Shown in pieces: positions 39,185-48,799 of a DNA stretch of 64,000 nucleotides. Position 1 is the stretch's first letter. Every line of letters begins with the position of its first letter. Origin of the DNA: Candidatus Krumholzibacteriia bacterium (GTDB taxonomy: Bacteria > Krumholzibacteriota > Krumholzibacteriia > Krumholzibacteriales > Krumholzibacteriaceae); NCBI GenBank assembly GCA_023131975.1, contig JAGLYV010000078.1:3712-67711 (forward strand), read 5' to 3'. Below the pieces are notes generated by a model that ran no database searches, was not told where the DNA came from, and worked only from the letters and a program-made list of their open reading frames with translations. The translations under genes and the position numbers were made by a program.

Positions 39185-40015
39185 ATGAAAGTCTGTTTCT
39201 TTTCATCGCCCGCCGCATGATCGAGAACGGGATCAGGGTCTCTTTCATCACCGGTGACCACGGCCAGCCGGATGTGGAGATCTACGATGACATCGCTATA
39301 CCGCCACGGAATCCTCTCAGCAGACGCGATAATCGCCCAGACCGAAAAACAGCGTGGACTCCTTAAAGAAAATCTCGGTGTCGACTCGATTCTCATAAGA
39401 AACGGCATACCGCTGGCAACCGATATCGATCCACCCCTGCCGACTCATCCCTCTGATTTCTCTGGTTCCGGAGCCCGGACCCAACGACCGGGATTCCTCT
39501 GGGTAGGCAGCTTTAGAAGGAGAAAACGCCCCGAACTGTTTTTGGAGCTGGCTCGGAGGATACCTGACGCGTCTTTTACGATAATCGGTGGAGGTGGCGA
39601 CGATCCTGCCTACCACGAGGAGATCGTGAGAGAAATAGCCGCACTTGAGAATGTCGATTATCCGGGATTTATGAAACCGGGCGATATCGACCGTTACTAT
39701 TCAAAAGCGTACGCATACGTCAATACATCCACTCTCGAAGGGTTTCCGAACACCTATCTCCACTCCTGGAGATATGGTGTGCCTGTGCTGACCATCGAGA
39801 TAGATCCTGATTCCCTTATCGAGAATAACGGTATCGGCGCCTGCACCGGCGATCTGGAAGGCCTTGTATCCTCTGCCAGAAGATTGCTCGACGATCCTGA
39901 AGAGAGATCGTCCATGTCGTCAAGATCGATCGATTATGTCCGGAAAAATCACGATATCAGGGATAAGGCAGACCAATATATAACTCTATTCAACGACCTT
40001 CTCGATCGTTCCTGA
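39185..40015 (+). pseudogene. Frameshifted/truncated GT4 glycosyltransferase remnant
   Basis: A good SD (AACGGAGGCGAAGG) and ATG at 39185 give MKVCFFSSPAA, then a stop. Reading continues in two other frames. An intact GT4 C-terminal domain (FLWVGSFRRRKRPELF...TSTLEGFPNTYLHSWRYGVPVL) is preserved from 39254 onward. The N-terminal Rossmann half is only about 70 codons across three frames, against about 180 expected. Confidence 0.45.
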
Positions 40016-41209
40016 TAATTTTGAGATCATAATATCGAGTCGTTCTGGATATGTCTCTCCCGAGATGTGTTGTTCGGCCCACGCGCGTGCATTCTTCCCT
40101 GTAGCTTCCGCGAGTTTATGATCCAGAAGAAGGCTGCATGTCTTTTCAGCAAATTCTGCGGGGGAATCACCCCTGTGATATTCCCTTCCGTCAGTGAGTC
40201 CCATTCCCGATACGCCTTCACCGGTACTGACGACAGGTACTCCCATCGCCGCCGCCTCCAGCATCCTTATCCTGATCCCGCCAGCAAAGCGAAGCGGCAA
40301 TACCATCGCGGAACATTCTCCGAGTTCTTTTCTTATGTCCCTGACATAACCGGCAAAGACCACATTATCATGATCTCGCCCGGAAATATCTTCCGGTATC
40401 CCCTCTCCCACTACGCGCAATACGGTCCCGGGGCTTTTCTCCAATATGATCGGAAAGATATCATCGAGCATATATCTCAACGCGTCTTCATTGAAATCCG
40501 ATGAAAAATGTCCCAGGAACAACAGGGTTCCTCCCGGTCGATCGTGAATAACGGGGCTGAATTCATCCAGATCCATTGACACGGGAAGATCGATGATCGT
40601 CTTCCCGGCCAGATACGGCATCCCCCTCAGCGTATCAGCGTCCTTTTCCGTGACCGTTATTATGGCCGGGTACTCTCTGTACGCCAGTTTTTCTATCGAT
40701 TCTCTCATCCTGAATCCACGGCTCTTTTTTTGATCGGTCTTTCCTCCTCCACGGTTTTCTCGTGACACGAGATGATCCAGATCGTGAGTAAGAAGAGCGA
40801 CCCGGCGTCCAGCCAGCAGACCTGGAAGCCTGAAGAGATACCAGTAGTTCGCGATCACAAGATCCACATCTTCCGCTTCAGCTGTATCGCGTATCAGGCC
40901 GAGGAAAGGTTCGGGAGCAGCATAACTTACTTCCATGGGAATGGAATGAAAGATGGAGCTATATATATTTTTCAGTTTGTAGAATATTCTGTGAAAAAAT
41001 GATCTTCGGTGTGGGGCCACCATCGCCGCTATCTCGACAGACGGACGCCTGATCTCATCCAGCCTTTTAAGATCCTCCGTTGAAAGTGTCATAGTGGACA
41101 ATATGACTTCGTGTCTCGATGAAAGGCCATCGATCAGGTTCATTATCAACCTGCCCGTGCCTCTTTCAACAGGATAGGGGCTGTATGGCAATGCTATAAG
41201 TATCTTCAT
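39986..41209 (-). CDS. GT4 family glycosyltransferase
   Basis: 407 aa GT-B (..FLGHFSSDFNEDAL.., EAAAMGVPVVST). Confidence 0.8.
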   Translation of the reverse strand: MKILIALPYSPYPVERGTGRLIMNLIDGLSSRHEVILSTMTLSTEDLKRLDEIRRPSVEIAAMVAPHRRSFFHRIFYKLKNIYSSIFHSIPMEVSYAAPEPFLGLIRDTAEAEDVDLVIANYWYLFRLPGLLAGRRVALLTHDLDHLVSRENRGGGKTDQKKSRGFRMRESIEKLAYREYPAIITVTEKDADTLRGMPYLAGKTIIDLPVSMDLDEFSPVIHDRPGGTLLFLGHFSSDFNEDALRYMLDDIFPIILEKSPGTVLRVVGEGIPEDISGRDHDNVVFAGYVRDIRKELGECSAMVLPLRFAGGIRIRMLEAAAMGVPVVSTGEGVSGMGLTDGREYHRGDSPAEFAEKTCSLLLDHKLAEATGKNARAWAEQHISGETYPERLDIMISKLSGTIEKVVE

Positions 41210-42351
41210 CTCTTTGCCCCGTATTCCAGAATTTCATCATATACTGCTATTGTATCTGCCACAGATCTTTCAATCCTGAAACGGTCTTCAAATTCAACTC
41301 GTGCGTTGTTCCCCATTCGGGCAAGTAGATCCCTGTCCTCATAAAGTCTGTTTACGGTATCCGCGATCCCCTCTGGACGGGAATGATCGACCAGGAATCC
41401 GGTCCTGCCGTCTCCGACCAGTTCCGGTATCCCGAATATATTTGTGGCGACAACCGGGAGTCCGCCGGCAAAGGCCTCCATGATGACATACGGCGTAGCC
41501 TCCAGCAACGACGATACAACGAGAATATCGGCGGAATCGATGATTCCCGCAATGTCATCTCTGTACCCGGCGAAAATGACCCTGTCACTCAGCCCATACT
41601 CTGTCACCCTCTGTTCAAGCTCTCCCTTCATCTCCCCCTCGCCGATCAGGGCAAGGACTACTTTATCAGGAAGAAGCCTCATGGACTCAATGAGAGTATC
41701 CTGACCCTTTCTGCTTTCTATGGACCCGATCGAGACGAGTCTTAGATAGCCTTCATCGCGGTCGAACCCGTCGAATATATCGGAGGGATCCGGCCTCCCC
41801 GGGTCCGGGATGCCGTTGTAAACTACCCTTATCCTCGATTGTGAGATTTTGTGTTTGTCTGTCAGGTGTTTTATATTATCGGAACTGACCGTTATCACCC
41901 TGTCAATATGCCTGCTCCCGACCCCCTTGAGGATCCTCCCCTTCATAAATGAATCGACCATCGGAAGGTGTTCCGTTGAAACAATAGCCTTTACACCGGC
42001 GGCCCTTGCAACAGGAGCCACAAGGCTGTACCACGAATCAAAGGGGCCCGGAAGGTTCAGATGAAATACTTCCGGGGATATATCTTTAAGTACCTTGTAC
42101 AGAGAACTTGCTCCAACCACGGAAAAAATACTCTCCCACCTTATCCTGAAATGATCGATTCCCGAGTCCTTGAACCATCTACCAAGTCTTCCCTCTCCAC
42201 CACCGCCGCAACTTACCAGGGTAGGAGTATAACCTCTGCCGGCCAGATTTGACGCCAGGAGAAAAAGATACCTTTCAGCTCCCCCGGTGTATGAAGCATC
42301 GGAAAATAATACTACTCTCACTTTGTCAGATGATCCATTCACACTAAGCAT
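41206..42351 (-). CDS. GT4 family glycosyltransferase
   Basis: 381 aa GT-B (VVLFSDASYTGGAERYL N-domain; IMEAFAGGLPVVAT C-domain). Confidence 0.8.
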   Translation of the reverse strand: MLSVNGSSDKVRVVLFSDASYTGGAERYLFLLASNLAGRGYTPTLVSCGGGGEGRLGRWFKDSGIDHFRIRWESIFSVVGASSLYKVLKDISPEVFHLNLPGPFDSWYSLVAPVARAAGVKAIVSTEHLPMVDSFMKGRILKGVGSRHIDRVITVSSDNIKHLTDKHKISQSRIRVVYNGIPDPGRPDPSDIFDGFDRDEGYLRLVSIGSIESRKGQDTLIESMRLLPDKVVLALIGEGEMKGELEQRVTEYGLSDRVIFAGYRDDIAGIIDSADILVVSSLLEATPYVIMEAFAGGLPVVATNIFGIPELVGDGRTGFLVDHSRPEGIADTVNRLYEDRDLLARMGNNARVEFEDRFRIERSVADTIAVYDEILEYGAKR

Positions 42352-42360
42352 CTCCAGTAC

Positions 42361-45009
42361 TTACGAGCCGGGACGGATGAGTACTCTTGTAATTTCATAT
42401 CCATTAGCACTGTCCCTGTTTCGCAGGTAGTCGTGGATCTTTCTGTTGGGCAGATACGAGGCTTCCTTCACTGATATTCTGAAAGTATATACTCCGGGAG
42501 ACATCCCCTCGGGGACATGTATCCGGAATTCCTGCCTGACAGGAGAATCACTCCACTGATCAGGAAATGCCCTTCCCCCCATTAATCTTTCGGATCTTGT
42601 CGTCCTGAAAAACATTCCCTGACGTCTTTCGATAATTCTTCTATATTGCTTGTCATACCATTCCCTGTAGAATGCCCCTTTTGGAAAATCGGTATCCAGC
42701 CGCACCGTCCATTCAAGGGGAAGACCGAAATCAACTCCGTGTACAGCCCTCCAGCAGAAAGAACCTTTCAGTGTGTCTCCAGACACGATCTCTCTCGAAT
42801 CCATCCATATACTTTCAAGCCGGATCCCGGTGTCCGGAAACTCTTTTCCGGAAAGAATACGCAAGCTGGAATCGTATGGAATATCTTCGTCGAGGAATGC
42901 TTCCACATCTTCCCCGCATTCAGACGGTCCGGTCACAGAAGTAATAAGTCCATCTGATATCAGATCCCCCGGGCAATCCACATCGACCGAAAAGAGGAGG
43001 AACCTGCCGTTTCGAGATATCTCGTTCAAAACAGGTCCAGCAGATCGGAATTTCAACAGAATATCGTTTGTCGCATCGACTGGCACGGTGCTGAAAAAAT
43101 CACAGGACACTTCTCGCTCCGTATCCACAACCAGATAACCGACTCCCTCTGTTTTCAGCCACTCCAGGCTTTCCCACATGGGTACTACCGGGCTGAAAAG
43201 ATCCCGGGTATTCTCGATCCTTTCTACCGCATGGGGGTCAGATGGGGAACCGTGTTGCCCCAGGATGACAGTCACAAAATGGTCCGTCACAGCTGAAATC
43301 AGATAACTTGTTTCCGGATCCGAACTGATAACGGAGTTCGAAGGCAGCTCTGAAAGAAGACCCTCTATGTCCGAGATCGCTTCTCCTTCATCAGCCTCCG
43401 GCTGACCGGCGAGACTTCCTGTGACCTTATAAGCATCGATAGCAGCGGTCCTCAAAGGTAACGCGATCAAAGCGATCAGGATGATAGCCAGGGTCCTCAC
43501 CAGCAATCTGTTCCACCACGCCACCTGCCCCGCAGTTTTATTGATTCTTCCACTGACCAGGAGACGTAACGAGCCGACAGTCAAAACGGATAGTACACAT
43601 GCCATCGGAGCAGCATCCAGCAGCCTGTAGTACAGGTATCCACTGAGGGATATCAGGAAAGTCGATGTCAGGGGGTTGAAAACGAGGAGTGCTGGCAGAA
43701 GGAACATAAGTCCCGCAAGAAATCCATATTCCCTTATTCTACCTGATATGAAAATGAACGGTGAGAGAAGAGCAATGAAAAAGAAAGAAAGCCCGGAATA
43801 CGACAACACTTCAGCGGGATCCACAACAGAGAGTGTCCTGCCTATCATCAAAAGACCCTGCGCGTGAGTATGTATTTCGTTAAAATCTCTCCCTGAGATC
43901 AATAGTCGAATGATCAGGGGCAGAACAATCGCCACAAGTATGATCGGAAACGCAAATCCAAGTCGCACCCTCCACTTCGCTCCTCTTCCCGGAAACATAC
44001 TGTACAGGAAAAACGAAACCATTGTGATTCCGAGCAACAGGGGAAAGACAATATGGACCGCGACTCCAGCCAGTGACAGGATCGCTGCATAGACAAGGTT
44101 CCATTTCCCACTGCCTTTGATATACCGGATTATGTATCCAGCCGTAAGCCAGTATAGCGCCATCATCATGTTTTTGCTGTAACCGGCTTTGGTCAGCCAC
44201 ACCAGGCCTTCTCCATGTATGAGGAGAATAAGGAAGACAGATGCAAGGATCGTGAGGGCCAGTGACCTCAGGATCTCTCTCGCAAACACCCAGAAGGCTA
44301 ACAGATAGAAGAAAGCAAGAAATGAGGGAAGCATGCGCCAGAGGATCAGGGGAGAAGTATCAGCCATGAATACCCATAGTGCCACAACAGGATGCCATGC
44401 GCCTTTCCGTGGATCAAAAAGGCCCCCGTCACCACCTTTAAAAAATGAATCAGCAGGAAAGAGGCGACCTGTCTCGATACTTCTGCCTATATAGCTCAAA
44501 TGATCGGGGGCATCTGTCGCGATTCCCGTCTCACCACTCCCGAAATAGAATACAAAGAGGAGAAGAAACATCGCAGAGCCAAAAAACAGGAGTGCTTTTC
44601 GTTCGCGTGGAGCCAACTCATCGCCTGTTCCAAGAATCCCTACGAGGTCCCCTCTTTCGCAGGGATAGGGATACCCGCATCTTACAAAGACAAGTACGGC
44701 CATCCCGGCTGTAGCAACAACCCCCATGACAGCGATTACAGGATAATCCAGTCCAGGAATCAAACCGAGGCTCACAAGCAGGATCGAGTAGATCAGCCCC
44801 GAAGAAAAGACCCGTGATAACCCTTCCACGGTCACGGTCAATTTCCCGAAAAATAGATAGTTGATGTATATCCCCGGCAAGACAAAGATAGACAGAAATG
44901 CCAGTGCGACCCCGACTATCTCCAGCCCCGGAATGACTCTGAAAGCGGTCAGAAGGGAAAGACCCAGTATCGATATAGAAATAACAAGTGCAGTCGTTCT
45001 CTTGTTCAT
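42361..45009 (-). CDS. Large GT-C-fold membrane glycosyltransferase candidate (YfhO/ArnT-like: about 14 TM helices plus a roughly 280-aa C-terminal extracytoplasmic domain)
   Basis: 882 aa with long hydrophobic stretches through about residue 600, then a soluble tail. Located downstream of an ArnE-like 4-TM protein and a soluble GT2 polyprenyl-P sugar synthase. This is the same gene logic as csbB-gtcA-yfhO and arnC-arnE/F-arnT. Confidence 0.4.
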   Translation of the reverse strand: MNKRTTALVISISILGLSLLTAFRVIPGLEIVGVALAFLSIFVLPGIYINYLFFGKLTVTVEGLSRVFSSGLIYSILLVSLGLIPGLDYPVIAVMGVVATAGMAVLVFVRCGYPYPCERGDLVGILGTGDELAPRERKALLFFGSAMFLLLFVFYFGSGETGIATDAPDHLSYIGRSIETGRLFPADSFFKGGDGGLFDPRKGAWHPVVALWVFMADTSPLILWRMLPSFLAFFYLLAFWVFAREILRSLALTILASVFLILLIHGEGLVWLTKAGYSKNMMMALYWLTAGYIIRYIKGSGKWNLVYAAILSLAGVAVHIVFPLLLGITMVSFFLYSMFPGRGAKWRVRLGFAFPIILVAIVLPLIIRLLISGRDFNEIHTHAQGLLMIGRTLSVVDPAEVLSYSGLSFFFIALLSPFIFISGRIREYGFLAGLMFLLPALLVFNPLTSTFLISLSGYLYYRLLDAAPMACVLSVLTVGSLRLLVSGRINKTAGQVAWWNRLLVRTLAIILIALIALPLRTAAIDAYKVTGSLAGQPEADEGEAISDIEGLLSELPSNSVISSDPETSYLISAVTDHFVTVILGQHGSPSDPHAVERIENTRDLFSPVVPMWESLEWLKTEGVGYLVVDTEREVSCDFFSTVPVDATNDILLKFRSAGPVLNEISRNGRFLLFSVDVDCPGDLISDGLITSVTGPSECGEDVEAFLDEDIPYDSSLRILSGKEFPDTGIRLESIWMDSREIVSGDTLKGSFCWRAVHGVDFGLPLEWTVRLDTDFPKGAFYREWYDKQYRRIIERRQGMFFRTTRSERLMGGRAFPDQWSDSPVRQEFRIHVPEGMSPGVYTFRISVKEASYLPNRKIHDYLRNRDSANGYEITRVLIRPGS

Positions 45010-45051
45010 CCGAACTCCTGACCGCGTACCAACCCGAGCTTTTACTTTTGC

Positions 45052-45420
45052 CTAACTGTAAGTCTTGCTTACCAGAAATACACCGGCGCAGATTACAAGA
45101 ATACCCGCGAATCTCTGGACAGAAAACGGTTCGTTAAGCAGTACCGGAGCGAGAAGCGCAGTTATGACATATGAAAGACTGACCATCGGGAAAGCCCAAC
45201 TCAACTCAGCCCTGGAAAGTATCACTATCCAGAGTACGGCACTCACCGCGTATGAACAGAACCCGCCGATAACGAAGCCCGATGTGATGACCTTCATCGT
45301 GGTTCCCGCTATATTACTCAGATCCAGCTTCCCGATCTTGTTTATTCCGGCTTTCATCATAAACTGACCGGCAGTGTTCAGGCAGACAGTGGCAATTATA
45401 AGCAGGAGACTTTTAAACAT
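45052..45420 (-). CDS. Small 4-TM DMT/SMR-like protein, ArnE/ArnF-like lipid-linked sugar flippase subunit
   Basis: 122 aa and ArnE-like (AGQFMMKAG...; AFPMVSLSYVITALLAPVLLNEPFS). Confidence 0.55.
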   Translation of the reverse strand: MFKSLLLIIATVCLNTAGQFMMKAGINKIGKLDLSNIAGTTMKVITSGFVIGGFCSYAVSAVLWIVILSRAELSWAFPMVSLSYVITALLAPVLLNEPFSVQRFAGILVICAGVFLVSKTYS

Positions 45421-45460
45421 CTCTCTTCCTTTCCAGGTCAGAACAAAAAATGTCCGGAAA

Positions 45461-46141
45461 TCACTTCAACGGCTTAAAGCGAAGCTTCACAAGATAGAGA
45501 AGGTTCTCGAACCCGTCCTTCCACTTATCCAGCTTGACTTCCCCGACCCGCGGATGATAATTCACGTGATATTCGTCAAACTTTATCTCGGGATGACGAA
45601 TGGCATTTATCTTTATCTCCTCACTGAGGGGCATACCGTCACTCTCAAGCTGAAGCTTGGGATAGATCTCGCTCCTGTATATCCACATACCCGACTGCGA
45701 GTCGTTTATAGCCCTGAAAAAAAGAAGGAATGTGCCCGCGGTAAGAATCCAGTTCCCGAGCTTATTGGACAGATTCATGGCATCCTGGTTCTTCAGGGGA
45801 AACCTGGAGGCTGAGACGAAATCGAGTTCTTTATCGAGAAGGTGGTCGATGCATTCCTCGATCTGTTCGACAGCGTAAGTGCCGTCACCATCCATCGTGA
45901 CAGTGATGTCACCTGTGACCGATGGCAACCCGGCTTTGTATGCCGCTCCGTATCCTTTGCGCTTTTCAAATACTACTCTGGCTCCCAGCTTTTTCGCAAC
46001 CTCTGACGTCCTGTCTGTGGAATTGTTATCGACTACGACGATCTCATCCACGGATTCAGGCAACGAAGGGATGACCAGGGCCAGTCCCTCTTCTTCATTA
46101 AAACAGGGGATGACTACAGATATCTTTTTCCCACGATACAT
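45461..46141 (-). CDS. GT2 polyprenyl-phosphate sugar synthase (soluble DPM1/GtrB-like)
   Basis: KISVVIPCFNEEEGL, VVVDNNSTDRT and TMDGDGTY motifs. It has no C-terminal TM helices. Confidence 0.75.
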   Translation of the reverse strand: MYRGKKISVVIPCFNEEEGLALVIPSLPESVDEIVVVDNNSTDRTSEVAKKLGARVVFEKRKGYGAAYKAGLPSVTGDITVTMDGDGTYAVEQIEECIDHLLDKELDFVSASRFPLKNQDAMNLSNKLGNWILTAGTFLLFFRAINDSQSGMWIYRSEIYPKLQLESDGMPLSEEIKINAIRHPEIKFDEYHVNYHPRVGEVKLDKWKDGFENLLYLVKLRFKPLK

Positions 46142-46153
46142 AATTAATCCTTA

Positions 46154-47656
46154 TCAGAAAAGGGCTACAATCTTCTCCTTGAAAGGAACAGGGAGACTCA
46201 GTATCAATTCCTTCTCCCTGGGCCCCAAGACCTTCATAAACCGAAATCCGGCGAAAAGCAACACTACCCCGACAACCATCTGAACGGTGAGAGCCGGGAT
46301 CGAATCCCATTTCGACGCCGTTATTGCCAGACAGGCAACAGGAGCCGCCGCCGCGTAACACTTCAAAATAAAGCCGACAGGAGTTCGAATATCCTTCCGG
46401 AACTTCTTGACGGCAACATTAAAGACAACTACTTCCAGGACAAGAACAAGGACAACGGGAATAAAGGCTCCCCAGATGCCGTATCTTGGAATCAAAGCAA
46501 TATCCAGACCTATATTAATAATGGCCATCAAACCGAGTACAATCATGTTAACCCAGCTTTTTTCCATCACATACAGTGCCATACTCAGCGGAGTATAGAG
46601 AAATGAATATGAAAAGACAACGAAAAATAATTGTGTAAACTTTGCTGCTGGAAGCATTTCACTCCCAAAAAGTACTGGAACGAGAGGTCTGGCAAAAGCG
46701 AACCCCATTGCCGCAACCGGTATTACCAGAAGAAAAAGGAGTCTGAAATACAGGTCGATTGCCTCAGGAAGCCTTCCGGAATCCTTTGAATAGACTTCCG
46801 AAGTACCGGCCATAACGATGGGCCATATAGTCAGCGGCACAAATTCCAGGGCCATCTGTGGAATATCGTACGCCAGGCCAAAATATCCCGAAGCCTCCAT
46901 TCCGACCCACTTCCCAAGAAACAGGACTTCGGAATGCCTCCAGACGATCTGATTAAGGAAACCGGTCACTATGAATGGAAGAGAAAACTTCATCATCTGC
47001 GAGAATGCTGGCGGATCGCCCCCGCCCGCCGGACACGACTTTATGAGGCCCACAACCTGAGGAAGGAGTACGGCAGTCATGAGCAGATCGATAATAGCAC
47101 CTGCAAGCAGATAGCCGACAATCCCCATGCCAGCCCTAAGAAGTAACATCATAATAACAAGATAAGCAGCGTTACCAACAGCAATTACAATGCTGAGCAT
47201 CCTGGTCTCATACCAGGCCTGGAGGGTGTTGCTTATCATTGATATCCCGACTTTGAAGATCACTAACCCCACCGCGACCATCAGGTACAGGCTGAAATCA
47301 CCATCCTGAACCTTATATATGGCACTGATCCGGTCCCGGAAGATCCACGTCATCACCAGAACGACACACCACGAAACCATCTGTATTATAAAATATTTTT
47401 TGAGGTTACTTTTGAATCTGCCCATCCCCCCGCTGACCCTTATTCCCGGTAGATACTTGAGTACCGCGTTTCCGCCTCCGACCATTGCGATTATCAGGGC
47501 GAATCCGGCAAGCGTCTTCAGAACACTGAGCATGCCCCAGTTGTAACTCCCCAGAACCCTCACGACTATGACATAACTGATCGGGCCAGCAAGATAGCGC
47601 GCTACCCTGGCGAATATATTCCATGACATCGCTTTTCCCACTTTTTCATATGTCAT
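46154..47656 (-). CDS. wzx: Wzx-like oligosaccharide flippase (MOP/polysaccharide biosynthesis protein family)
   Basis: 500 aa with about 12 to 14 TM helices in a PST-family arrangement. Confidence 0.7.
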   Translation of the reverse strand: MTYEKVGKAMSWNIFARVARYLAGPISYVIVVRVLGSYNWGMLSVLKTLAGFALIIAMVGGGNAVLKYLPGIRVSGGMGRFKSNLKKYFIIQMVSWCVVLVMTWIFRDRISAIYKVQDGDFSLYLMVAVGLVIFKVGISMISNTLQAWYETRMLSIVIAVGNAAYLVIMMLLLRAGMGIVGYLLAGAIIDLLMTAVLLPQVVGLIKSCPAGGGDPPAFSQMMKFSLPFIVTGFLNQIVWRHSEVLFLGKWVGMEASGYFGLAYDIPQMALEFVPLTIWPIVMAGTSEVYSKDSGRLPEAIDLYFRLLFLLVIPVAAMGFAFARPLVPVLFGSEMLPAAKFTQLFFVVFSYSFLYTPLSMALYVMEKSWVNMIVLGLMAIINIGLDIALIPRYGIWGAFIPVVLVLVLEVVVFNVAVKKFRKDIRTPVGFILKCYAAAAPVACLAITASKWDSIPALTVQMVVGVVLLFAGFRFMKVLGPREKELILSLPVPFKEKIVALF

Positions 47657-47658
47657 GT

Positions 47659-48786
47659 TTATCCAACCTGCCCTGAGAAGGTTTTTATGAAAAATGGAGC
47701 TACATCCGTGATCTTCGACCCGCTGAACGCGACATCCCGATTTGTGAAAAGTGCGCTGAACATACTCTCTTCAGCGGGATGGTAACCATGCATCGCCGCG
47801 ACAGGCGTCTTTCCCATATAACTCGGTACAATAATATTACCTGCATCGAGCTGAAAGATTATGTCCCCGAATCGCCCGTCACTGAATTTAATCCCCATCA
47901 TGACGAGTTCGTCTTCTTTTAATATTCTCCCACGATCAGATCGGCAAAGAATCTCTCTTATCTTATCTCCAGCATGGAGGTCGTTGATCCTGAACCTTGC
48001 CATCGTAGAGTCGAAAAAAGGGATATAATCATCGGGGATCCTGAATCCGGCATCTTCTATCTCCGGGACAAGATCTATATGAGCGGTCACATCGCACATC
48101 CCATGGTCTCCCATAACTGCCAGCATCAGACCATTCTGTTTACAGAGCAGTCCTTCGATCCGTTTGCGGTACCACTCCAATTTCTCTTTTGTTTCAGTCG
48201 ATCCTGTTCCTGTCATGTGCATGACCGCGTCCAGGCCGGCCGTGTATAACAGATAAAAACCATTTCCTTCTTCTTTGAGAGCCACATTCAGTTCGTCAAA
48301 GGCTTTATCTTCCGGCGTCTCGTAGTCCCATACCTTTACATTTATCCCTGATTCGATGGCCCTGTCTAAGATCGTACTTCTTCCTCTTACACTTTCAGGC
48401 GCGAACAACCTCTTTCGGGCGGGAAGATCGAGGTACGGAAGTACCGTGCCGGGAACATCGTAAAGGTTATAGTAGGCCGACACTCCATCGAGACGCCTCA
48501 ACTTCCAGTTTACGAGACGCCTGACCCAGAGTCTGGACGTATCCGACATTCCGGGAACAGACCTGATGAATCTGAACGGGCCGTCATCATCCGCAAATGA
48601 ATACATCATCCACAATTCGTGTTCATCCGGATTTATTCCAGTCATGATCGAAGTCAATGCAGACTGACTGAACCCGGGTACCGTCTCAAGCCTGACCGCG
48701 TCCGACAACCCTTCAGGTCTGAAAGCATGCCTGCTGACAAGTTCGAATCCCAGAGCATCGATGATTATCAACACTTTCTTGCTCAT
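47659..48786 (-). CDS. Alkaline-phosphatase-superfamily enzyme (type I phosphodiesterase / nucleotide pyrophosphatase-like)
   Basis: Starts MSKKVLIIIDALGFELVS (metal-site Asp motif) and has a later MGDHGM motif. No signal peptide or TM is evident. Start chosen at the internal ATG, which avoids overlap with the upstream gene. Confidence 0.55.
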   Translation of the reverse strand: MSKKVLIIIDALGFELVSRHAFRPEGLSDAVRLETVPGFSQSALTSIMTGINPDEHELWMMYSFADDDGPFRFIRSVPGMSDTSRLWVRRLVNWKLRRLDGVSAYYNLYDVPGTVLPYLDLPARKRLFAPESVRGRSTILDRAIESGINVKVWDYETPEDKAFDELNVALKEEGNGFYLLYTAGLDAVMHMTGTGSTETKEKLEWYRKRIEGLLCKQNGLMLAVMGDHGMCDVTAHIDLVPEIEDAGFRIPDDYIPFFDSTMARFRINDLHAGDKIREILCRSDRGRILKEDELVMMGIKFSDGRFGDIIFQLDAGNIIVPSYMGKTPVAAMHGYHPAEESMFSALFTNRDVAFSGSKITDVAPFFIKTFSGQVG

Positions 48787-48799
48787 ATGATCACTTTTC

